A stretch of 64,000 nt of DNA from Eledone cirrhosa. Taxonomy: Eukaryota. The DNA lies in contig OZ024747.1 of NCBI GenBank assembly GCA_964016885.1, positions 52,452,001 to 52,516,000 on the forward strand. Reading direction: 5' to 3'. The position numbers and the translations under genes are program-made. Every line of letters begins with the position of its first letter. The stretch's first letter is position 1. Of this stretch, positions 51,801 through 62,700 are shown piece by piece. The notes under the pieces are model-generated. The model was not told where the DNA came from, did no database searches, and saw only the letters and a program-made list of their open reading frames with translations.

Positions 51801-54800
51801 GTCGGTGTAGAGTAAAACAGAGAGAACCAGTACATAGAACAGAGTCGGTGTAGAGTAAAACAGAGAGAACCAGTACATAGGACAGAGTCACTGTAGAGTA
51901 AAACAGAGAGAACTAGTACATAGGACAGAGTCAGAGTAGAGTAAAACAGAGAGAACCAGTACATAGGACAGAGTCGGTGTAGAGTAAAACAGAGAGAACC
52001 AGTACATAGGACAGAGTCGGTGTAGAGTAAAACATAGAGAACCAGTACATAGGACAGAGTTGATGTAGGGTAAAACAGAGAAAACCAGTACATAGGACAG
52101 AGTTGGTGTAGAGTAAAACAGAGAGAACCAGTACATAGGACAGTGTTGGTGTAGAGTAAAACAGAGAGAACCAGTACGTAGCACAGAGTCGGTGTAGAGT
52201 AAAACAGAGAGAACCAGTACGTAGCACAGAGTCGGTGTAGAGTAAAACAGAGAGAACCAGTACATAGGACAGTGTTGGTGTAGAGTAAAACAGAGAGAAC
52301 CAGTACATAGGACAGTGTTGGTGTAGAGTAAAACAGAGAGAACCAGTACATAGGACAGAGTAGGTGTAGTGTAAAACAGAGAACAGAGAGAACCAGTACG
52401 TAGCACAGTGTTGGTGTAGAGTAAAACAGAGAGAACCAGTACGTAGCACAGAGTCGGTGTAGAGTAAAACAGAGAGAACCAGTACGTAGCACAGACTCGG
52501 TGTAGAGTAAAACAGAGAGAACCAGTACATAGTACAGAGTCGGTGTAGAGTAAAACAGAGAGAACCAGTACATAGAACAGAGTCGGTGTAGAGTAAAACA
52601 GAGAGAACCAGTACATAGGACAGAGTCACTGTAGAGTAAAACAGAGAGAACTAGTACATAGGACAGAGTCAGAGTAGAGTAAAACAGAGAGAACCAGTAC
52701 ATAGGACAGAGTCGGTGTAGAGTAAAACAGAGAGAACCAGTACATAGGACAGAGTCGGTGTAGAGTAAAACATAGAGAACCAGTACATAGGACAGTGTTG
52801 GTGTAGAGTAAAACAGAGAGAACCAGTACGTAGCACAGAGTCGATGTAGAGTAAAACAGAGAGAACCAGTACATAGGACAGTGTTGGTGTAGAGTAAAAC
52901 AGAGAGAACCAGTACATAGGACAGAGTCACTGTAGAGTAAAACAGAGAGAACTAGTACATAGGACAGAGTCAGAGTAGAGTAAAACAGAGAGAGCCAGTA
53001 CATAGAACAGAGTCGGTGTAGAGTAAAACAGAGAGAACCAGTACTTAGGACAGAGTCACTGTAGAGTAAAACAGAGAGAACTAGTACATAGGACAGAGTC
53101 AGAGTAGAGTAAAACAGAGAGAACCAGTACATAGGACAGAGTCGGTGTAGAGTAAAACAGAGAGAACCAGTACATAGGACAGAGTTGGTGTAGGGTAAAA
53201 CAGAGAGAACTAGTACATAGGACAGAGTTGGTGTAGTGTAAAACAGAGAGAACCAGTACAAAGGACAGAGTCGGTGTAGAGTAAAACATAGAGAATCAGT
53301 ACATAGGACAGAGTTGATGTAGGGTAAAACAGAGAGAACCAGTACATAGGACAGAGTTGGTGTAGAGTAAAACAGAGAGAACCAGTACATAGGAGAGTCA
53401 GAGTAGAGTAAAACAGAGAGAACCAGTACATAGAACAGAGTCGGTGTAGAGTAAAACAGAGAACCAGTACATAGGACAGAGTCAGTGTAGAGTAAAACAG
53501 AGAGAACCAGTATATAGGACAGAGTCGGTGTAGAGTAAAACAGAGAGAACCAGTACATAGGACAGAGTCGGTGTAGAGTAAAACAGAGAGAACCAGTACA
53601 TAGGACAGTGTTGGTGTAGAGTAAAACAGAGAGAACCAGTACGTAGCACAGAGTCGGTGTAGAGTAAAACAGAGAGAACTAGTACATAGGACAGAGTCAG
53701 AGTAGAGTAAAACAGAGAGAACCAGTACATAGGACAGAGTTGATGTAGGGTAAAACAGAGAGAACTAGTACATAGGACAGAGTTGGTGTAGTGCAAAACA
53801 GAGAGAACCAGTACATAGGACAGAGTCGGTGTAGAGTAAAACATAGAGAACCAGTACATAGGACAGAGTAGATGTAGGGTAAAACAGAGAGAACCAGTAC
53901 ATAGGACAGAGTTGGTGTAGAGTAAAACAGAGAGAACCAGTACATAGGAGAGTCAGAGTAGAGTAAAACAGAGAGAACCAGTACATAGAACAGAGTCGGT
54001 GTAGAGTAAAACAGAGAACCAGTACATAGGACAGAGTCAGTGTAGAGTAAAACAGAGAGAACCAGTACATAGGACAGAGTTGGTGTAGAGTAAAACAGAG
54101 AGAACCAGTACACAGGACAGAGTTGGTGTAGAGTAAAACAGAGAGAACCAGTACATAGGACAGAGTTAGTGTAGAGTAAAACAGAGAGAACCAGTACATA
54201 TGACAGAGTAGGTGTAGAGTAAAACAGAGAGAACCAGTACATAGGACAGAGTCGGTGTAGAGTAAAACAGAGAGAACCAGTACGTAGCACAGAGTCGGTG
54301 TAGAGTAAAACAGAGAGAACCAGTACATAGGACAGTGTTGGTGTAGAGTAAAACAGAGAGAACCAGTACATAGGACAGTGTTGGTGTAGAGTAAAACAGA
54401 GAGAACCAGTACGTAGCACAGAGTCGATGTAGAGTAAAACAGAGAGAACCAGTACATAGGACAGTGTTGGTGTAGAGTAAAACAGAGAGAACCAGTACAT
54501 AGGACAGAGTCACTGTAGAGTAAAACAGAGAGAACTAGTACATAGGACAGAGTCAGAGTAGAGTAAAACAGAGAGAGCCAGTACATAGAACAGAGTCGGT
54601 GTAGAGTAAAACAGAGAGAACCAGTACTTAGGACAGAGTCACTGTAGAGTAAAACAGAGAGAACTAGTACATAGGACAGAGTCAGAGTAGAGTAAAACAG
54701 AGAGAACCAGTACATAGGACAGAGTCGGTGTAGAGTAAAACAGAGAGAACCAGTACATAGGACAGAGTTGGTGTAGGGTAAAACAGAGAGAACTAGTACA

Positions 54801-57800
54801 TAGGACAGAGTTGGTGTAGTGTAAAACAGAGAGAACCAGTACAAAGGACAGAGTCGGTGTAGAGTAAAACATAGAGAATCAGTACATAGGACAGAGTTGA
54901 TGTAGGGTAAAACAGAGAGAACCAGTACATAGGACAGAGTTGGTGTAGAGTAAAACAGAGAGAACCAGTACATAGGAGAGTCAGAGTAGAGTAAAACAGA
55001 GAGAACCAGTACATAGAACAGAGTCGGTGTAGAGTAAAACAGAGAACCAGTACATAGGACAGAGTCAGTGTAGAGTAAAACAGAGAGAACCAGTATATAG
55101 GACAGAGTCGGTGTAGAGTAAAACACAGAGAACCAGTACATAGGACAGAGTCGGTGTAGAGTAAAACAGAGAGAACCAGTACATAGGACAGTGTTGGTGT
55201 AGAGTAAAACAGAGAGAACCAGTACGTAGCACAGAGTCGGTGTAGAGTAAAACAGAGAGAACCAGTACGTAGCACAGAGTCGGTGTAGAGTAAAACAGAG
55301 AGAACCAGTACATAGGACAGTGTTGGTGTAGAGTAAAACTGAGAGAACCAGTACATAGGACAGAGTTGATGTAGGGTAAAACAGAGAGAACCAGTACATA
55401 GGACAGAGTTGGTGTAGAGTAAAACAGAGAGAACCAGTACATAGGACAGAGTCGGTGTAGAGTAAAACAGAGAGAACCAGTACATAGGACAGTGTTGGTG
55501 TAGAGTAAAACAGAGAGAACCAGTACATAGGACAGTGTTGGTGTAGAGTAAAACAGAGAGAACCAGTACATAGGACAGAGTAGGTGTAGTGTAAAACAGA
55601 GAACAGAGAGAACCAGTACGTAGCACAGTGTTGGTGTAGAGTAAAACAGAGAGAACCAGTACGTAGCACAGAGTCGGTGTAGAGTAAAACAGAGAGAACC
55701 AGTACGTAGCACAGACTCGGTGTAGAGTAAAACAGAGAGAACCAGTACATAGCACAGAGTCGGTGTAGAGTAAAACAGAGAGAACCAGTACATAGAACAG
55801 AGTCGGTGTAGAGTAAAACAGAGAGAACCAGTACATAGGACAGAGTCACTGTAGAGTAAAACAGAGAGAACTAGTACATAGGACAGAGTCAGAGTAGAGT
55901 AAAACAGAGAGAACCAGTACATAGGACAGAGTCGGTGTAGAGTAAAACAGAGAGAACCAGTACATAGGACAGAGTCGGTGTAGAGTAAAACATAGAGAAC
56001 CAGTACATAGGACAGAGTTGATGTAGGGTAAAACAGAGAAAACCAGTACATAGGACAGAGTTGGTGTAGAGTAAAACAGAGAGAACCAGTACATAGGACA
56101 GTGTTGGTGTAGAGTAAAACAGAGAGAACCAGTACGTAGCACAGAGTCGGTGTAGAGTAAAACAGAGAGAACCAGTACGTAGCACAGAGTCGGTGTAGAG
56201 TAAAACAGAGAGAACCAGTACATAGGACAGTGTTGGTGTAGAGTAAAACAGAGAGAACCAGTACATAGGACAGTGTTGGTGTAGAGTAAAACAGAGAGAA
56301 CCAGTACATAGGACAGAGTAGGTGTAGTGTAAAACAGAGAACAGAGAGAACCAGTACGTAGCACAGTGTTGGTGTAGAGTAAAACAGAGAGAACCAGTAC
56401 GTAGCACAGAGTCGGTGTAGAGTAAAACAGAGAGAACCAGTACGTAGCACAGACTCGGTGTAGAGTAAAACAGAGAGAACCAGTACATAGTACAGAGTCG
56501 GTGTAGAGTAAAACAGAGAGAACCAGTACATAGAACAGAGTCGGTGTAGAGTAAAACAGAGAGAACCAGTACATAGGACAGAGTCACTGTAGAGTAAAAC
56601 AGAGAGAACTAGTACATAGGACAGAGTCAGAGTAGAGTAAAACAGAGAGAACCAGTACATAGGACAGAGTCGGTGTAGAGTAAAACAGAGAGAACCAGTA
56701 CATAGGACAGAGTCGGTGTAGAGTAAAACATAGAGAACCAGTACATAGGACAGTGTTGGTGTAGAGTAAAACAGAGAGAACCAGTACGTAGCACAGAGTC
56801 GATGTAGAGTAAAACAGAGAGAACCAGTACATAGGACAGTGTTGGTGTAGAGTAAAACAGAGAGAACCAGTACATAGGACAGAGTCACTGTAGAGTAAAA
56901 CAGAGAGAACTAGTACATAGGACAGAGTCAGAGTAGAGTAAAACAGAGAGAGCCAGTACATAGAACAGAGTCGGTGTAGAGTAAAACAGAGAGAACCAGT
57001 ACTTAGGACAGAGTCACTGTAGAGTAAAACAGAGAGAACTAGTACATAGGACAGAGTCAGAGTAGAGTAAAACAGAGAGAACCAGTACATAGGACAGAGT
57101 CGGTGTAGAGTAAAACAGAGAGAACCAGTACATAGGACAGAGTTGGTGTAGGGTAAAACAGAGAGAACTAGTACATAGGACAGAGTTGGTGTAGTGTAAA
57201 ACAGAGAGAACCAGTACAAAGGACAGAGTCGGTGTAGAGTAAAACATAGAGAATCAGTACATAGGACAGAGTTGATGTAGGGTAAAACAGAGAGAACCAG
57301 TACATAGGACAGAGTTGGTGTAGAGTAAAACAGAGAGAACCAGTACATAGGAGAGTCAGAGTAGAGTAAAACAGAGAGAACCAGTACATAGAACAGAGTC
57401 GGTGTAGAGTAAAACAGAGAACCAGTACATAGGACAGAGTCAGTGTAGAGTAAAACAGAGAGAACCAGTATATAGGACAGAGTCGGTGTAGAGTAAAACA
57501 GAGAGAACCAGTACATAGGACAGAGTCGGTGTAGAGTAAAACAGAGAGAACCAGTACATAGGACAGTGTTGGTGTAGAGTAAAACAGAGAGAACCAGTAC
57601 GTAGCACAGAGTCGGTGTAGAGTAAAACAGAGAGAACCAGTACGTAGCACAGAGTCGGTGTAGAGTAAAACAGAGAGAACCAGTACATAGGACAGTGTTG
57701 GTGTAGAGTAAAACTGAGAGAACCAGTACATAGGACAGAGTTGATGTAGGGTAAAACAGAGAGAACCAGTACATAGGACAGAGTTGGTGTAGAGTAAAAC

Positions 57801-60800
57801 AGAGAGAACCAGTACATAGGACAGAGTCGGTGTAGAGTAAAACAGAGAGAACCAGTACATAGGACAGTGTTGGTGTAGAGTAAAACAGAGAGAACCAGTA
57901 CATAGGACAGTGTTGGTGTAGAGTAAAACAGAGAGAACCAGTACATAGGACAGAGTAGGTGTAGTGTAAAACAGAGAACAGAGAGAACCAGTACGTAGCA
58001 CAGTGTTGGTGTAGAGTAAAACAGAGAGAACCAGTACGTAGCACAGAGTCGGTGTAGAGTAAAACAGAGAGAACCAGTACGTAGCACAGACTCGGTGTAG
58101 AGTAAAACAGAGAGAACCAGTACATAGCACAGAGTCGGTGTAGAGTAAAACAGAGAGAACCAGTACATAGAACAGAGTCGGTGTAGAGTAAAACAGAGAG
58201 AACCAGTACATAGGACAGAGTCACTGTAGAGTAAAACAGAGAGAACTAGTACATAGGACAGAGTCAGAGTAGAGTAAAACAGAGAGAACCAGTACATAGG
58301 ACAGAGTCGGTGTAGAGTAAAACAGAGAGAACCAGTACATAGGACAGAGTCGGTGTAGAGTAAAACATAGAGAACCAGTACATAGGACAGAGTTGATGTA
58401 GGGTAAAACAGAGAAAACCAGTACATAGGACAGAGTTGGTGTAGAGTAAAACAGAGAGAACCAGTACATAGGACAGTGTTGGTGTAGAGTAAAACAGAGA
58501 GAACCAGTACGTAGCACAGAGTCGGTGTAGAGTAAAACAGAGAGAACCAGTACGTAGCACAGAGTCGGTGTAGAGTAAAACAGAGAGAACCAGTACATAG
58601 GACAGTGTTGGTGTAGAGTAAAACAGAGAGAACCAGTACATAGGACAGTGTTGGTGTAGAGTAAAACAGAGAGAACCAGTACATAGGACAGAGTAGGTGT
58701 AGTGTAAAACAGAGAACAGAGAGAACCAGTACGTAGCACAGTGTTGGTGTAGAGTAAAACAGAGAGAACCAGTACGTAGCACAGAGTCGGTGTAGAGTAA
58801 AACAGAGAGAACCAGTACGTAGCACAGACTCGGTGTAGAGTAAAACAGAGAGAACCAGTACATAGTACAGAGTCGGTGTAGAGTAAAACAGAGAGAACCA
58901 GTACATAGAACAGAGTCGGTGTAGAGTAAAACAGAGAGAACCAGTACATAGGACAGAGTCACTGTAGAGTAAAACAGAGAGAACTAGTACATAGGACAGA
59001 GTCAGAGTAGAGTAAAACAGAGAGAACCAGTACATAGGACAGAGTCGGTGTAGAGTAAAACAGAGAGAACCAGTACATAGGACAGAGTCGGTGTAGAGTA
59101 AAACATAGAGAACCAGTACATAGGACAGAGTTGATGTAGGGTAAAACAGAGAAAACCAGTACATAGGACAGAGTTGGTGTAGAGTAAAACAGAGAGAACC
59201 AGTACATAGGACAGTGTTGGTGTAGAGTAAAACAGAGAGAACCAGTACGTAGCACAGAGTCGGTGTAGAGTAAAACAGAGAGAACCAGTACGTAGCACAG
59301 AGTCGGTGTAGAGTAAAACAGAGAGAACCAGTACATAGGACAGTGTTGGTGTAGAGTAAAACAGAGAGAACCAGTACATAGGACAGTGTTGGTGTAGAGT
59401 AAAACAGAGAGAACCAGTACATAGGACAGAGTAGGTGTAGTGTAAAACAGAGAACAGAGAGAACCAGTACATAGGACAGTGTTGGTGTAGAGTAAAACAG
59501 AGAGAACCAGTACGTAGCACAGAGTCGCTGTAGAGTAAAACAGAGAGAACCAGTACATAGGACAGTGTTGGTGTAGAGTAAAACAGAGAGAACCAGTACA
59601 TAGGACAGTGTTGGTGTAGAGTAAAACAGAGAGAACCAGTACGTAGCACAGAGTCGGTGTAGAGTAAAACAGAGAGAACCAGTACATAGGACAGTGTTGG
59701 TGTAGAGTAAAACAGAGAGAACCAGTACATAGGACAGAGTAGGTGTAGTGTAAAACAGAGAACAGAGAGAACCAGTACGTAGCACAGTGTTGGTGTAGAG
59801 TAAAACAGAGAGAACCAGTACGTAGCACAGAGTCGGTGTAGAGTAAAACAGAGAGAACCAGTACGTAGCACAGACTCGGTGTAGAGTAAAACAGAGAGAA
59901 CCAGTACATAGCACAGAGTCGGTGTAGAGTAAAACAGAGAGAACCAGTACATAGAACAGAGTCGGTGTAGAGTAAAACAGAGAGAACCAGTACATAGGAC
60001 AGAGTCACTGTAGAGTAAAACAGAGAGAACTAGTACATAGGACAGAGTCAGAGTAGAGTAAACCAGAGAGAACCAGTACATAGGACAGAGTCGGTGTAGA
60101 GTAAAACAGAGAGAACCAGTACATAGGACAGAGTCGGTGTAGAGTAAAACATAGAGAACCAGTACATAGGACAGAGTTGATGTAGGGTAAAACAGAGAAA
60201 ACCAGTACATAGGACAGAGTTGGTGTAGAGTAAAACAGAGAGAACCAGTACATAGGACAGTGTTGGTGTAGAGAAAAACAGAGAGAACCAGTACGTAGCA
60301 CAGAGTCGGTGTAGAGTAAAACAGAGAGAACCAGTACGTAGCACAGAGTCGGTGTAGAGTAAAGCAGAGAGAACCAGTACATAGGACAGTGTTGGTGTAG
60401 AGTAAAACAGAGAGAACCAGTACATAGGACAGTGTTGGTGTAGAGTAAAACAGAGAGAACCAGTACATAGGACAGAGTAGGTGTAGTGTAAAACAGAGAA
60501 CAGAGAGAACCAGTACATAGGACAGTGTTGGTGTAGAGTAAAACAGAGAGAACCAGTACGTAGCACAGAGTCGCTGTAGAGTAAAACAGAGAGAACCAGT
60601 ACATAGGACAGTGTTGGTGTAGAGTAAAACAGAGAGAACCAGTACATAGGACAGTGTTGGTGTAGAGTAAAACAGAGAGAACCAGTACGTAGCACAGAGT
60701 CGGTGTAGAGTAAAACAGAGAGAACCAGTACGTAGCACAGTGTTGGTGTAGAGTAAAACAGAGAGAACCAGTACGTAGCACAGAGTCGGTGTAGAGTAAA

Positions 60801-62700
60801 ACAGAGAGAACCAGTACGTAGCACAGACTCGGTGTAGAGTAAAACAGAGAGAACCAGTACATAGCACAGAGTCGGTGTAGAGTAAAACAGAGAGAACCAG
60901 TACATAGAACAGAGTCGGTGTAGAGTAAAACAGAGAGAACCAGTACATAGGACAGAGTCACTGTAGAGTAAAACAGAGAGAACTAGTACATAGGACAGAG
61001 TCAGAGTAGAGTAAAACAGAGAGAACCAGTACATAGGACAGAGTCGGTGTAGAGTAAAACAGAGAGAACCAGTACATAGGACAGAGTCGGTGTAGAGTAA
61101 AACATAGAGAACCAGTACATAGGACAGAGTTGATGTAGGGTAAAACAGAGAAAACCAGTACATAGGACAGAGTTGGTGTAGAGTAAAACAGAGAGAACCA
61201 GTACATAGGACAGTGTTGGTGTAGAGTAAAACAGAGAGAACCAGTACGTAGCACAGAGTCGGTGTAGAGTAAAACAGAGAGAACCAGTACGTAGCACAGA
61301 GTCGGTGTAGAGTAAAACAGAGAGAACCAGTACATAGGACAGTGTTGGTGTAGAGTAAAACAGAGAGAACCAGTACATAGGACAGTGTTGGTGTAGAGTA
61401 AAACAGAGAGAACCAGTACATAGGACAGAGTAGGTGTAGTGTAAAACAGAGAACAGAGAGAACCAGTACATAGGTCAGTGTTGGTGTAGAGTAAAACAGA
61501 GAGAACCAGTACGTAGCACAGAGTCGCTGTAGAGTAAAACAGAGAGAACCAGTACATAGGACAGTGTTGGTGTAGAGTAAAACAGAGAGAACCAGTACAT
61601 AGGACAGTGTTGGTGTAGAGTAAAACAGAGAGAACCAGTACGTAGCACAGAGTCGGTGTAGAGTAAAACAGAGAGAACCAGTACGTAGCACAGAGTCGGT
61701 GTAGAGTAAAACAGAGAGAACCAGTACATAGGACAGTGTTGGTGTAGAGTAAAACAGAGAGAACCAGTACATAGGACATTGTTGGTGTAGAGTAAAACAG
61801 AGAGAACCAGTACGTAGCACAGTGTTGGTGTAGAGTAAAACAGAGAGAACCAGTACGTAGCACAGTGTCGGTGTAGAGTAAAACAGAGAGAACCAGTACG
61901 TAGCACAGAGTCGGTGTAGAGTAAAGCAGAGAGAACCAGTACATAGGACAGTGTTGGTGTAGAGTAAAACAGAGAGAACCAGTACATAGGACAGAGTTGA
62001 TGTAGGGTAAAACAGAGAGAACCAGTACATAGGACAGAGTTGGTGTAGAGTAAAACAGAGAGAACCAGTACATAGGACAGAGTCGGTGTAGAGTAAAACA
62101 GAGAGAACCAGTACATAGGACAGTGTTGGTGTAGAGTAAAACAGAGAGAACCAGTACATAGGACAGTGTTGGTGTAGGGTAAAACAGAGAGAACCAGTAC
62201 GTAGCACAGAGTCGGTGTAGAGTAAAACAGAGAGAACCAGTACGTAGCACAAAGTCGGTGTAGAGTAAAACAGAGAGAACCAGTACATAGGACAGTGTTG
62301 GTGTAGAGTAAAACAGAGAGAACCAGTACATAGGACAGTGTTGGTGTAGAGTAAAACAGAGAGAACCAGTACATAGGACAGAGTAGGTGTAGTGTAAAAC
62401 AGAGAACAGAGAGAACCAGTACGTAGCACAGTGTTGGTGTAGAGTAAAACAGAGAGAACCAGTACGTAGCACAGAGTCGGTGTAGAGTAAAACAGAGAGA
62501 ACCAGTACGTAGCACAGACTCGGTGTAGAGTAAAACAGAGAGAACCAGTACGTAGCACAGAGTCGGTGTAGAGTAAAACAGAGAGAGCCAGTACATAGAA
62601 CAGAGTCGGTGTAGAGTAAAACAGAGAGAACCAGTACATAGGACAGAGTCACTGTAGAGTAAAACAGAGAGAACTAGTACATAGGACAGAGTCAGAGTAG
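48830..62700. repeat. Nested duplication domain with periods 813, 738, 2375, 3958/4771, 1046, 953 and 1691 bp
   Basis: Marker 'tacaaagg' at 50071, 50884, 53259, 54842 and 57217. Marker 'acagactcgg' at 51758, 52496, 55716, 56454, 58091, 58829, 59875, 60828 and 62519. ORF pairs 51107/55065 (3958) and 48926/53697 (4771). Confidence 0.88.
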
